Positions 39,267 through 53,499 of a DNA stretch of 64,000 nt are shown here, piece by piece. Below the pieces are notes generated by a model. It saw nothing but the letters and a program-made list of their open reading frames with translations, was not told the origin of the DNA and did no database searches. The stretch lies in the NCBI RefSeq assembly GCF_009914755.1, contig NC_060930.1; one strand, given 5' to 3'. The stretch is from the human T2T-CHM13v2.0 reference genome, Homo sapiens. Made by a program: the position numbers and the translations under genes. Position 1 is the stretch's first letter, and each line of letters starts with the position of its first letter.

Positions 39267-42163
39267 CTTTGAAAATTAATAGAAAAAATATAATAAATGT
39301 GCAAGCTACAGTACTGTAATGTGGCATCCACCTTTTACCACATACTTAATTAAATTTAAAATTTCAATTTGGAAAATATTGATAGCATTAGTGACAGAAT
39401 TACAGACCCTTTTTGCCTTTTAGAGAAGGCTAATGACTAGGAAATATGTTGACTGAATAATATAAAAATTTTAATTTGCTTAACTGTTTCCTTCTTAGAT
39501 ATGAATATTTTCAAATGCTGCAGGTTGAATCATGTGGGTAAGAATGGGATTCTACTGAATTTAAAATATAGTACTATTTTAATAATAATAAAAACTCAAA
39601 TCAGATTAAATATTAGGTATATTTTTTCTTGTATTCAGTGATTAAGATGACTAGTGTATTTTCCCAAGTTTATGTTCTTAAAATTAAATTTTGATTGGTT
39701 GCTATTGACAAAGGATGGGTTAAAGCAAAGATACCATTAAAAGTGACTAGTAAGACAGAAAACTCCCAGCTGTCCTGTGCTTAAACCATTCACTGCCAGT
39801 AATTAAGAGACCAGAGAAGCAATGTCATCTAAAAGATGGTATTTTTTCACAGTGATATAAACACTGGGGAGCCCATGCATGAAGCTCATTCAACTATAAT
39901 TACTAGCTACATCTGGATGGCTCCATTAAAGTCTCTCCCACTCCTCTTTTCCATATTTATTTCAGTGGTGTATTATAGAGGAAAAAAACTCTCAGGAAAG
40001 GTATTAACATTTTCCATTTTTGAAATTCATTGTACACCTGGGCTCAAAAATCTCCTAATATTCACTCAGGAAAAAAGATAAAACTTTAATAACAGGTAGG
40101 TTTTCATTATTCAACTTTAAAATAAAAAATCAGTGTTCTGCAATTTAATATGAAATTTAATGTATAATGTTGCACACAATGAAGTCTGAGTTGGGGTATA
40201 TCTGTTGATTAATTTTCAGGCTCCTCAAACATGGCTATCCAAATTAGACAAAGAAAAGAATTAAATAAAAATCATCATAAAACACCAAATATTTAGTTTT
40301 TATATATGAATCTTTTAGTAAGTAAAACAAACTTTGTATGGTCATACTTGAATTTTGTTTCTGAAGAAATGCGGGAGTGATCCTTACAAGATATAATCCA
40401 ACAACTAGGACCAACATAAGAGAGACAAAACAGTTAAGTTCTCAATATGGGAATTGAATTAGAGCTAAAACTAAAAACAGCTGTCATCTGAGAACACATT
40501 AAGATGATTCTCTGAGAGAAATATTCACTTTGACTCCATTCACAAAACGAGGGCCAAAAAATACACATGTGTTGTGCTTGGTAGAGTGACAGGTAACTAA
40601 GACTGTGTTTACATGAAGAGTTTGGGATGACTATTCAGCTGCTGAAAAGCAACAGCTGCTCTGGCCCTGGGTACTCCATGTAGGCTAAGCTCCTGGTGGT
40701 GAGAAATGTAGCTTCCAACCAATCTAGGGCAGAAGCTTTCTAGGGAACCCAAATCCTGCCTTAGGAGAGCACACACACTCTTTTCCTTGAGAAGTGAAAA
40801 AGTTAATGGAAACTTAGAGAAAGTGTGATCCATAAGCCAGTGAGCTAGCTAAGTTGTGAGTTCAAATTCTAAAGGAAATATCCTTCTTTTCTGAGAGTTA
40901 TTGTAAGTAACATTTTTTGATAAAAGGTCTGGGCTGTAGAGGTTAAATGAAGGGAAGAAGGTCCTATGGGAATAGCAGTTTATAGATGTTTTGTGATTGA
41001 CTTAAGGAAACTCAGAGAGTTGATCTGTGTTGCCAGGTTGGGGAATAGGGATGGAGTTGTTTGTGTCATCAAGTGGGTCTGAGTCAAGTGGAGGATCATG
41101 AAAACTGAAAGACATTTTATTGAACATAATTGTACTCAGGCAATTCCAATCATTCCTCCTCTTGGTTACTTTTACTTTTACTTTTATTGTTAGCTTCTAA
41201 ATTCTCAATTCTTCTTAACATCTGGCACTCCCCTTCCATCCCACGTTGCAGATAACCTTGGGGCCCTATGCTTACACTCTTCCCAATGGTCTCTCAGACT
41301 CCTCCAAGTAAGGAACACAGAGACCCCTGTCCTTGGAGACATCACTACCCAGTTTTATCCCACTCTCTCCAGAGTTGGTGTAATTGCAGAATCTTTCTCC
41401 CACTCACCCTCAGAGAAAGAGGTCCACCCCATGGGAGGACTCACATATCCAGCTTGCCCTTTCAGACATGATCAAGTTGGAACCATGTCCAGCATTCTGC
41501 AGCTACAAGCAACACAGCAGCAAACATGCTATCTAAGTACCAATCTCCTTTATGCCTTTGTCCGTCCACTTTGGCTCTGACTGAACTTACAGTCACATGG
41601 CAATCTCACTGAAACATCACCTAATGAGAACAGTTTAGTCAAGAAAGAAGCAAAGCCATCTTACTGTGTGTCTGTTCTACAACACTGTCTCTCAGGATAG
41701 CATTTTAATATATCTCCAGAGCAGTAAATTGTCTCTCTGAACAAACTAAAGGGAAACAAGTACATTTCTCCACCACATGTGGCCCCAACTGATTTTCAAG
41801 AAGAAAAGCAAGACAAACCAGCAGGGATGAACAAGCTGCCATTGTGTGACTGGCTGTCTCTGGCCAATAACTACCCCCAAGAAATGGGTGGAATTTTCTA
41901 CCTGCAGTCATTTGCTTGGACGCATTAAAAAACAAAATTCAGAGCCACCAGTGTTATCAGTATGGGAAAGTGAAAACACAAAACAAATAATGAAAGAAAC
42001 TCATTATCACCACACTACCTACATGTTCAACCTTATATGCTTAGAATGCATACTATATTGTCCTTCTCCCCACCCATTTTTATTTGCAAGTAATCCTCTC
42101 TCAGCATTGTCCAGTTATGTGACTTGTTATTTCACTTTTTATCAGAAGAAAACCAAAAAATAC

Positions 42164-42208
42164 CTGTTGCCCTGGAATTCCCTGTCTTCCATTTTCTCCC
42201 TTTTGACC
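42164..42208 (-). CDS. COL21A1: COL21A1 exon, 45 nt, GQKGENGRQGIPGQQ
   Basis: AG/GT boundaries, phase 0-0. Confidence 0.95.
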
Positions 42209-42899
42209 CTTTAAAATAAAAAAAAACATTATTGATTAGTTTGCACACTTACGATGCAATCACATATGCAATACAAACTATGTATTACCTTGAGTTCCAG
42301 AAGAAACGTAACAAAAGCAGCGATACAAATATATAAATTATGTGAGAGATGGGAAAATCAGTTACTCAGCGAAAAAGAAGAAGAAAAGTCATCCTAATCT
42401 TATAGTTAAAGTGGACAGAGATAAGGAACAAATTACTGATTTGGGTGAAACATGTAAATAATTCTAGACAATGAGGATGTTCTTCTAAGTCCATATTAAT
42501 AGTGGGAAAATAGTTTAAAAAGTCAATGTATATGGACATTTTATTAATTTCAGTGGCAATTATGTTCATTGTTGACTATGGACATGTGAGGACAAGAAGA
42601 TCTCTTTAAAATTTTATTTTTAAAAATTAAAATATACTGTCACATTTTAGTAAAAAAAAAGCCATTTAAATGAAGAGCTTTAAAGCAGCATAAATAACAG
42701 AAAAATTAATAAAGGTATAAACACATTTATCTATTCAATAAGTATTTTTGGGTATCTACCATTCATGGGACATTATGCTAGACTCTGAAGCACTACTTCA
42801 TCCTTATATTTATTGCGCAAAATAATTAGCAGTTTCTAGGAAGACATACACCTAGATAAGGTAATCGATGAAAGATCTAGTGACTACAATTTTACATCA

Positions 42900-43740
42900 C
42901 CCTTGCCTAGTAATGAATTCATCAATTTAATTAAGTGAATTGCTAACATTTTTTGAGCAGCACCTATTTGCTGGCACTTAGGGACACTGAAACAAAGATA
43001 TCATTGTGGCCTTCAAGTCACTCACTGTGTGGTAAGAGAGATAAGCAATTAAATCTAGAATGATGAAAATACTGCTGATAAGTCTACAATGTATAATTAA
43101 ACATCTGGGTTGGATATTATTGGAACTTAGGAAGGGGCATCTGACAGAAAGGGTAGGGAATGTGACTCATCCTTTGTGCAGCCTTGAGGGGTGAGTAAGA
43201 GGTAGCCAATTGGAGAAAGGATAGGAGGGTGTATCAGGGAGAGAAGACACAGGTGAAAGGCAGGTAGTTTCTTTTGGCTATAGCAGCAGAGCAGGATTGG
43301 ATAAGAATGGGTGGAGTGGCAAGAGATAACACTAAAAAAGATTCAGTCAGCCCAGAAGGCATTTGATGGCACAGGCTTTATCTTAACATGTGTGGGGCAC
43401 GATTAAAGGACTCCTAAGCAGATATATAGCTTAGCTATTTTATGCAAGTAAAAGTGTGGAAGAAGGAAGTAGACTGGACTCAAGGAGACCAGTTAGGAAG
43501 ATATTGCAGTAGCCCAGGACCCCTGACAAGAAATAACTAGTACAGTCAGGAGAGGTAGAAGGTGTCAAGTTCAAGAGATATTTAGCATCGATTATCATGA
43601 CAGGAAATCTGTGAGTACGAAGCGGTTTATGGGGAAAGATGACAAGTTCAGTTTTGGACATACTGAACCTGAGGTTCCCATGAGTCATCTAAATGCAGTA
43701 CCAAGAAGGAAATTAGAATATATGGGTCTAGAGCTCACAG
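42900..43740 (-). mobile_element. L2 fragment
   Basis: agttcagttttggacatactgaa and ggagaccagttaggaag are L2 antisense motifs. Confidence 0.65.
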
Positions 43741-44539
43741 ACATTTACTTAACATTTACCTCACTCCCAACTTCAATCTTAACTTAAAGGAATCCTATAT
43801 CATAGTACTTGAAGATTTTCGATAAAAATTGTCTAAAAAACAACTGAATTTTGTCATACCACTCTAAAACATCTTATGTATGTTATGAAGAATAAGTTCA
43901 TTAATAGGAACTGTTATAATTGTGGATATAGCAAGTTTTGCCTATGACTATTTCAATTTGAAATTTTCTGTTACGATTCCAGAAATTCTACAGCATTCAG
44001 AATTCTACATTTGTGGAAATGTCCAGAGTATTTTTCTTTATATTTTCAGCTTATTCTGCATAGCAAAGCTCAGACACTATCACTGAGACTTACAAACTTA
44101 AAAACATCATTAAAATACTGTCTGAACACTTGATTGGTAATTTATGGTTGGAAAAGTTTTATATTTCTAAAACTTAAAAGGTTGAAAGAACATCAGATAT
44201 AATTTATCCCAGATAACTATTTCATTGACTCAGCTAGTGGCATCTTATTCAAAAGTCAGTCTTCAGTGAATGAAAAAACCCATTCCATAGACACTTTAAT
44301 TGAGGTGAAACTATCCTTGTCTCCTGAAGTAGTAAAATAGGTCTCCTCTTTGCCTTTGCTGCTAAGACACCCAAAACTAAATATCTTTCTAAATCACCCT
44401 AGATTTCCCTAGCCTGTTATAATTTTCTGGTTTAATTTTCCTTTCACATATTGATTTGAATATGTTTTATATTTAGGGTTAAAGGTTTTTTATCAAACTT
44501 TTGCCATAAAACAATTTCAAGTCATTTTTGGAAACACAC

Positions 44540-44551
44540 TGTGTGTGTGTG

Positions 44552-44584
<33 letters not shown>

Positions 44585-44615
44585 ATGTGGTATATATATA
44601 TGTATATATGTATAT
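44540..44615. repeat. Compound (TG)n/(TA)n microsatellite
   Basis: Direct reading. Confidence 0.9.
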
Positions 44616-44880
44616 AAATACATATTAGAAGTATATAATAAAATTTATGTCTTTATTTTGTTGAATCATTTTGTTTCTAAGTTTTCTGCAACAGCAAAGT
44701 GGTGAGGAATTTTAAAGTCAAATTTGGTCTTGTCTGAAAAGCTCAATAGCAAAAGGAGAAAATAGGATTTAACAACTTTATATTAATGTTGAAACAGAAA
44801 GGAATTTAAAAGTAAAATAAGAACTTTTTAAAAGCTCTGATTTTATTGCTCAGCCTACTAAAAAAAAGCAAACAACATAC

Positions 44881-44916
44881 CTGAATACCTTTTTCACCTT
44901 GATTTCCTTTGTCCCC
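44881..44916 (-). CDS. COL21A1: COL21A1 exon, 36 nt, GDKGNQGEKGIQ
   Basis: AG/GT boundaries, phase 0-0. Confidence 0.95.
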
Positions 44917-46631
44917 CTACAAAAAGGCAGTTTGATCTGTATCATAATCTAGCATATTCTGTACAGTTTCAAATAAACATATATTTTTCTCTGCTGAAGA
45001 AAAACAACATCTCGTGCAAACTCCACAAGTGCCTGTATACACAGAAGTTGACTCCTAACACAATACTTGGGAAGGGAGCAGAACCACATTATGTCAAAAT
45101 GATATTGTAAAAGAACACTTTTGTATGCTCCTACATTTGAAAGAAATTTCACCACAATCTTTAATTTCCCAGAAAGGAGAAAACTTCTACATGGTTCACA
45201 GTTTTAGGTTAGACAAACTAACAAGAGAGGACTTATTTTGACAAATGTTGTTTTATGAAATCAAACTGAAAATCTTCCATTAAGCTATTAGTAGCCACGA
45301 GTTTATAGGAAACAATGATAAAGTAAAGCATAACATTTAAGTGCTATTTTAGAAAACATATATTTCAAAAGTGAGCTTTTGGAAGAAAAATTATATTCCA
45401 TAAAAATAAGTTTTATAGATTATCAGCTAGAAGGGAAATTAGAAACCAACTTATACAATGCCCTTGTTTTTATAGATAATGAAACAGCCAGTTAAGCACC
45501 TGCCCAAAGCTAAACTTGGACACGGTTTCCAAATTTCCTTTCTATTAATACTTCACCGTACTATCTAAACATAGAGTACAGTTTTGCATTTCAACAAAAA
45601 AATACAGATTTTCTTTTAAATGGCAACAAGTTCTGAACAAGAAAATTCTCTTCATCCCAAACATATATTCGTAGTAGATTTACTTAACATTTACTAAGAG
45701 TCTAACACTTGATGGCTGTTATGTGGGGACACTTCTGTCTCAGCTAGTGCTGCCTACTGATCATCAGAACAAAAAGCCCAAGGATCATACTGTGTATGAT
45801 CTAGGCACCATGTAGACAACACATGAGGGATAGAAAATAAGATGTTGAAAAATAAATAGCAAGGGACATGAAGATGGAGACATAAGAGTTTGTGTCTTTT
45901 CCAGAATAAAAACCGATAGATTTACTTTTAACCTGAAACATTTGTATTTGCAGTAGCATGGACTTCTCAGGCACACAGGCATCAATTGTTGCTCAAAACC
46001 TCCAAACAAATAAAAGCATATATTATTTATATACATACAAGTCAAGTTTCCCTTACTTGACCAAAATGAGAGAGAGAGAACCTAGTTTTACTGTCTTTCC
46101 TTGCCAAAATATTTTAAATTAGTATATTTGACTTGCATTTTTAAACTCCTTAAATTAATTTTAAATAAACTTCTATGTAACATAATTGTTTCATAGATAG
46201 GAACTTCATGGTCAAACATTTTGGACACAAGTTTTATCCTTCCAGAATTTGATCCGGTTTTGGCAAGAGGGGTATTTGCATTTTGATAGGAATGCCTGAC
46301 ATTGGACAATTTTCCTCAAAAAATTCTTAGCTCCCCTGGTTTGTGAAAAAAACCTGAATTTACAGGATATTACTTAATTGTACATTCATATTTTCTGATC
46401 TGCATGTCTTTTCTAAGGTCTTCATCTAGGAGACAATACCCATGTGGGTATATAAAAGATGCCACAGCTATTAGCATGGGGCTGAACATATTATACATAC
46501 ATCGAATATATAGGGTACTTTATCATTAAAAATATATTAATAACAAGTCCTACTTTAAGAATTTCACAAAAGAAAAACTTGTTTGCAAGTAACTGGTTAA
46601 AAGCGAACTGTATCTCCTAACCAATGCATAC

Positions 46632-46703
46632 CTTTTTTCCTTGAATCCCGGGTAAACCCATGTATCCTGGTTCTCCTGGGGAACCCGTTGCTCCTGGTTC
46701 TCC
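46632..46703 (-). CDS. COL21A1: COL21A1 exon, 72 nt, GEPGATGSPGEPGYMGLPGIQGKK
   Basis: AG/GT boundaries, phase 0-0. Confidence 0.95.
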
Positions 46704-48330
46704 CTATGTAACACAGAAATTCCAGAAAGATCACAGATCTACTGCTTATGAAAAGCACCACTGTTTTTATCTCTACATATCTCAATTTTAAAATGAATGG
46801 TTAAAAAAATGTATTGACAGTTACTACTACAGAAATAGTAAAGAATAAAATGTTTACTAGAATCCCAGTAAAATTTCTTGTATTTTTCTCTATCTTTTCC
46901 AGTTGAAAAATTCTCACAGCATTTCATATTTTAAAATTCTGTAAATATTTGTTATTTTTATGATACTTTATAATTTCAATAATAAACGAAATAATAAAGT
47001 TGTAAAAATAATAAACACAAGTATCTCTTTTTTGTTTACCTATTTACTAACACTTATTCTCCTTGAAACTGCTTTTTCTCAAATTGCTACTTTAAAAAAA
47101 GCTTATTTTCTTGTTACAAAATAATAGAAATAATAAAAATTATTAAAAATCTTATAACCCAATATTTTTATTTTGTTATGTATTTTTTCTCTAACTCTAA
47201 TTCATAAACACACATATATAGTTAATAAAATGTGCTCATATACATGCATAATTTTATCTTTTAATCTCTAAATATATTAATATTATAAAGTTCTTATGCT
47301 ATCATATTTTTCATAACATAAGTTTTAATTATGGAAGAGTATCCATATTTATCAACTATATTTTATTTAATAAAATTCTTATTGTTAAACATTACAGTTT
47401 TCACAATTTTTGTTTTTATAAAAAATATTGGAATGAACATCCTGGTAGTTAAATTTAATTATTTATATGTATTTATTTACATATGTGGAATATTATTTTG
47501 TTAGAAATAAATTCTTGAGCTATTTTTCAGTACAGGGTGTATTACATGAGTTATCTTAATTCCAGTTCTCCACTCTCCATCATCCTATAGGAATTGTCCT
47601 TTCTGAAATAAAGTTTTTTGTTTTAAAGTCTTAAATAAATTATTTGCAAGCACGTGTTAATAATGCATTGACATATTTAGGATATATTTGTAAGAGATGC
47701 AACATAATCCTGAACATGCTTCATGGTTCTGTTTCGTTTTGTGTTTTACCGTTAGTCCAAAACTCTGTAACATCAACTAAAGATCACTCTCTTTTTTAAA
47801 AGAAAAGGAGGCTTTATTCTCTTTGCTTACTGTACTTACTTCCTAGCCATCAAATCATTCTCTAGATTTTTGAAGGTTGGAAGTGTATTAAAAATCCCAT
47901 TGAAATAAACATCAACCCATGTGGTTTGGAGGAAACTGGTAAAGGCTATTGTGAGTTCTATATCAAAGATGAAACTCCCATAAGCAAACAAAGAACAGTA
48001 TCATTCATGAGAACTACACGCTCCTGTTTTCAGCTGTTTAAGGGAAATCTATTCTCTGGACCAGAAAGTAAGTTCATGTTTGCCTACAATTTTACAATTT
48101 TTCAAAAAATTAAGCCAAAGTTTATATCTTTATTATCCAATGACAAAGTATCTAAAAAACAGAAATGAAACTGTATTGACAATTTCATTTCAGGTACCTT
48201 AATTTCATGATAAAGGTAATCCTTAACTTCATGTATCTCTTCAGAGATATAAAATGTTAATTTTCTTAAATAATGAGGGGAATTTACATTATAATTTCTT
48301 TGAAAATATTTTCAAATGCATCAAAATTAC

Positions 48331-48384
48331 CTTGAGCCCAGAAGCCCCAGGCATCCCTTGAATTCCAGGTTCACCTTTGCTTCC
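48331..48384 (-). CDS. COL21A1: COL21A1 exon, 54 nt, GSKGEPGIQGMPGASGLK
   Basis: AG/GT boundaries, phase 0-0. Confidence 0.95.
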
Positions 48385-49404
48385 CTGTCAACACATCAAA
48401 AACATTGGAGTTTTTTAAAAACAATTCTGTCATAATATATCTGATATAGACACTTAAGGGAATATATGTAAAATAACTTTTACATTTTTAACTTTCCGAT
48501 TGTTTGATAGACTCTGTACATTAGACCTATGTATTAAGAAAAATGAAAAAATCTTTTAGGCAAGGAAGGGGTTCCACATATTCATAAGCCTCTCTAAAAA
48601 CCTGTGTTAAAGCTGGTAGCTTCAAGTATAAGGGAGGAGAGTCAAATCTTTAGTGGCCAGCACTAATAAGTCCAGCCACCACATTGCACAGGTGGGAGAC
48701 ATGTACTTTAACAGCATCCTCCAGGCTGAGATCCTCATCATTATCCTGTCTCACTTTCTCAGTAGGACTCATCTTCAGTATGCAACTGAAGGAAAGAAAA
48801 GTAGCTTCAAATGCACAATGGCTTTTTTTGAAGAAGTGTGAATCAGAAAATGTTTAGTTTGTGCTTTTTCAGGATTCCAGTGCAGTTCTTTCTAACAGAT
48901 GGAAACTTGGAGTACAAGGCTGAGTTGACAGGGCAAAGAATGTAATACAGAAAAGGAAAAGTGGATAGAGAAAGAGAAAACAAGTCTTCTGGCTAATAAG
49001 GAGAGATTGTCAAATGTAGTTCTGGTTTTCAAATACTTTGATACCTGATATCACAACCCAATGTCTGGCAAAAGCCCATAATTAAGCAGGTTGGTGTGAC
49101 ACCTAGAAGGGGAACACAATAATTACCCACAACCAACTTGGGTTTACTAATCAGTGAGGCAAACCAATGCCATTTTCAGCTTTTAAAAAAGTTTTGTAGG
49201 CTGCTCATGGTAAGAAACATGTGAAGATCACATTAGATTTAATTAAAGCATTTAGCACATAACAGTGTTATTGAACCACAGAATGATTCCTTAAAATTTC
49301 TAATTTTATAAGTTATTAAACTGAAATTCACAGACATGAGATTTGTTGAAAGTTATCTGACTCGATAAAGCTAATATATTTTAATATTATTTAGATAATT
49401 ATTA

Positions 49405-49915
49405 TCTTTTTAAGTTCTGGGTTATATGTGCAGGATGTGCAGGTTTGTTACATAGGTAAACATGTGCCACGGTGGTTTGCTGCACCTATCAACCCATCAC
49501 CTAGGTATTAAGCCCAGCATGCATTAGCTATTTTTTATGATGCTCTTCCACTCCCAACCTCCCTCCCCTACTAACAGGCCCCAGTGTGTGTTGTTCCTCT
49601 CCCTGTGTCCATGTGTTCTGATTGTTCAGCTCCCACTTATAAGTGAGAACGTGTGATGTTTGGTTTTCTGTTCCTGCATTAGATTGCTGAGGATAATGAC
49701 TTCCAGCTGTATCCATATCCCTGGCAAAGGACATGACCTCGTTCTTTTTTATGGCTGCATAATATTCCATGGTTCTTTTTGCAGTCTATCACTGATGGGC
49801 ATTTGAGTTCATTCCATGTCTTTTCTATTGTGAATAGTGCTGCAATGAACATACGTGTGCTTGTATCTTTGTAACAGAATGATTTATATTCCTTTGGATA
49901 CATACCGAGTAAAGG
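49405..49915 (-). mobile_element. L1PA (PA8-10-like) 3' fragment
   Basis: gtgcaggtttgttacataggtaaacatgtgcc...; ORFs 49528..49770 and 49679..49903 are ORF2p C-terminal remnants. Confidence 0.88.
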
Positions 49916-50151
49916 GCAGATTTTTTTAAAACCAAAACATAGTATAGTTAAATAGGCTTATAAATGTTTCTGCAGCTATTTTTAAGTATTATAATATAAA
50001 TTAGAGGTTTTCTAAAGATCTGCCTCAGTTTCAGCCTTATCTCTGCCCTACTGAATACATTTTTGTCTCACCCTAGAACTTCTATCAGTGATATTGACAG
50101 CACAAGCCACAAACATAAGCTGACAAAACTAGCAGAAAGAAACGAATATAG

Positions 50152-50375
50152 AGGTCAGTACACTATGATCCATGGGTTAAATCCAGCCCAATGCAAGTTC
50201 TTAAAGTTTAACCAGAACATAGCCACACCCCATACCCATTTGATTAGGTATTGCCTGTGGCCAATTTTGCACTATAATGATAAAATTGAGTAGTTACAAC
50301 AGAGACTTGTATGGCTCTCTAAGCCTGAAATATTTACTTTCTGTCCCTTTTCAGAAAAAGTTTCCAACACCTAAT
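50152..50375 (+). mobile_element. MER58A-like
   Basis: gagtagttacaacagagac...aagcctgaaatatttac...cagaaaaagtttccaacacct. Confidence 0.7.
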
Positions 50376-50659
50376 ATACAGCAAGAAAAAAATTAAAATA
50401 TTTTATTGAAAAGATTATGTGTATTTTTAATATGTGTAATTTTAACTTCTTAGATCTATTTTTAACAAAATAATTGTACAAGCACAAGATGCAGAAAACC
50501 AACTTTAGAGTAATTCATGTAAAAATAAACAAACTGTGATACTGGAAATCCTCACTGGCCTACCCAGCCAAATCAGCAGAATCTGCTTAAGTGGTAGACA
50601 GCACACATTGTTCTAAAACCTTTTACGGAAAGTCCAACAGATACAATTGACCTTCAACA

Positions 50660-50830
50660 CAGTGTGAGTCAACAGTGTGGTGTATCTAATAAAAAAAAAA
50701 AAAGCTGATGAAATTTTAGGCTGCATTCTTAAGAATTAGAGAATCCAAAAGACATTGAGAGAGCCCATTGTGCACCACTTAATAAGGGGTATTTTCTTAC
50801 AAAATGACCTTGAGAAACTGTGGAGACCTG
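50660..50830 (+). mobile_element. L3/CR1 fragment
   Basis: tgagtcaacagtgtg...aaaaagctgatgaaattttaggctgcatt resembles recalled L3. Confidence 0.5.
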
Positions 50831-51817
50831 CTTAGCAAGTTCAGTCATTCCAGCAAGTCAGTCACACACAACTCTGTGTGTACCTATAGCTGCTGGAGCC
50901 CACAATACACCAAGGATCCACAAGGGTCTACCACTGATGGAAGAGCAGCTACCTTTTCTCATTATTGGGCTCCCATGTCTTTTTTTTCTCTCTCTTTTCT
51001 AAATACTTTAGAAATTAAAAGTAAAATAGAGTAGGTCATCTACTCATACGCCAGGGTCTATTCCCCTGAGGCAATGCTTAGTCAAAGGTTGACTGCTTCT
51101 AAAATAGCAATTCCATCACTTCCTTTTAGAAGGCTGTCCTAGAATCTATTTGCAAAATAGTTGGGAACAGTTTTCTGAGTGTTTTGTCTGATCCTCTGGT
51201 TAACCAAGAAAACAAAATAGTTATCGTACCACAGGATTATATATAGCTAGGAAATGGTCAAATAATGACATTCAAAGAGTTTCAGTTCTACCTTGAGAAT
51301 AACTAACCTCATATCCTAAATATATTTGTTAAGCTTGCCTTACTTATTTAAAATCTAAAAGTAAAGATAATATGCTCTTACTCACAGAACTAGTATAATT
51401 TACAAGGCACTCTATATACATTCCACTAAATAAAAATACCAAAAAGAAGACTAGAAAACTGATATTGTAAGAGATATTCTTATTCATAACTATGAATGCT
51501 CTAGACTGGTGGTTTTGGCACTGAGCTCTATAGAGCTCTAGTATTCCTCAATACTAGACACCAAGACACCAAAAAGGGAGAAGGGGGCTGAGCAGCAGGA
51601 GATTCTGGACCCTTTCCAACATAACAAGATGAGCTTTACTTTAGCCTGTTTCTTAGGCTGAGCCTTTCCAGATTTAATTCTTACAAGTGATTTTTTTTCA
51701 TAGAATAAAAACCACATTTAAAATACAATCAAGGTAGTAGTAAAATTTTCATCAAAGTTATAAATGGCCACTGTGATTATACAAAGTTCCCAGTCTTGTT
51801 TATTTTATCATATTTAC

Positions 51818-51871
51818 CTTAGATCCCGGTGTTCCAGGCTGGCCTGGTGAGCCATTGCTTCCCATTAAACC
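51818..51871 (-). CDS. COL21A1: COL21A1 exon, 54 nt, GLMGSNGSPGQPGTPGSK
   Basis: AG/GT boundaries, phase 0-0. Confidence 0.95.
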
Positions 51872-53065
51872 CTACAATTTTAAAAAGGAATTTCAAGAGT
51901 AACTTAGAGAAGATTATTAAAAAATATTAAATCAATTTCCAAGTTACACATTCTCATAATTAATTCACTAAATTATAATACAGATCTGAAAATATAATAC
52001 AATATTTAGAAAATTACTCCACCATACATCCATAGAGGATAATAAAAGTAAAAAATCAAACTATGCAAGATAGCATGAAGGCTAGCAGAGCGCTTATGAT
52101 TCTATTGCTTACAAAAACTACAAATAGAGAAAATGGAGAGCTAGTAAAAGAAAAATATAAAGGAAAATTTTTTTTCTACACTTTTTCTTTTGTTAGGATG
52201 GCTAAAATTAGGTGTCTTCATAGATGTTATCCTGATTAACATTACTTAGAATTCTATTATCTTGAACAATATTTTAAAAGAGTTACATTCTAATAAACTC
52301 TCTGGATAATCTTTCTTCAGGGTACAAAATGGCCGTATCTTTAATCATAACATTCAAAATAAAAAATGATAACTACTCTTTCAATTAGGACTTGATTTAA
52401 TTTAGATTCTACTTTAAATACTATTATACATATTTAACACACTTTACAAAGGAAAAGGGATTAAAAAATTATATCATTAGAAAATATAATCTCAATATGA
52501 ACCTATAACAGACAATTTGATTCATATATTAAAATCAACATCACTTCTAGCAATAAAGTTAAAATTTGGGGGGGGGATTCTTGCACACATGAATTTTCAT
52601 AATTTTGAATCAGTTTCATATGCCATCTTCACTCTTGAAAATTCTGAAATAATTTACTCTGTTTTAGGAGCTTCCCATACTATGTCTTCTATACATATTC
52701 TTTCCCATTAGTGTAATATGTTTGTAAATTTAATTTAAAATAAAAAAATCACTGAGATTTAGACTTAATGGTACTTAGTATTTTTAAATTAATAGCTAGA
52801 ATACATGTTTTCTAATTTATCTACAGTTAGGGTCCCTGATGTTTTTTTGGGTGGCCAACTTTTTGAGAAACTGAAGAAATCTTTACTCTTTTAGAAAAAT
52901 GCACATAGACATAATATGTTTCATACAACAGAATGGAATTCATGGACCTCAAATATTTTATTGCTGTATCCCCTACATTTTTATGAACTCTCGAATATGA
53001 ACTCCTAGTAGGTAGTAGCAACACTGCAAACACTTTGATGTATGATGATAATGACATCAACATAC

Positions 53066-53119
53066 AGGCATCCCTGGGGCTCCTTTTTTTCCTTGCTGTC
53101 CTGGAGGCCCAATTTCTCC
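53066..53119 (-). CDS. COL21A1: COL21A1 exon, 54 nt, GEIGPPGQQGKKGAPGMP
   Basis: AG/GT boundaries, phase 0-0, 6 triplets. Confidence 0.95.
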
Positions 53120-53499
53120 CTAAAAAAATCAAACATTAAAAACATTATAAATTGTAAATTATCAATTTATTTCAAGAAAGCTTCTGCCAAAGCACAATGG
53201 AATGACAATTGAATATCAATCAGTTCACCTTTTTCTGCTTTCTCTTCCACTACAGTAAGGAAGGAGCAAGGCCTTAAAGACCTTGGCATAGAGTCTGAGG
53301 ATTTACTCTCAATATTTTTATTATGACATTTGTAGTAACATTTGCCATTCTTTCAAAGGAAGACCTAGTAGCTTAGATGGAGTTGGTAAACAACAGAAAT
53401 AAAAATCAGGTGAAAAATTTTTCTATTTATCATAGAGTTTAAGAAATATGATAGTGAACATAAATTAATAAAGAAAAATAGAGTAAAAAAATAACAGCA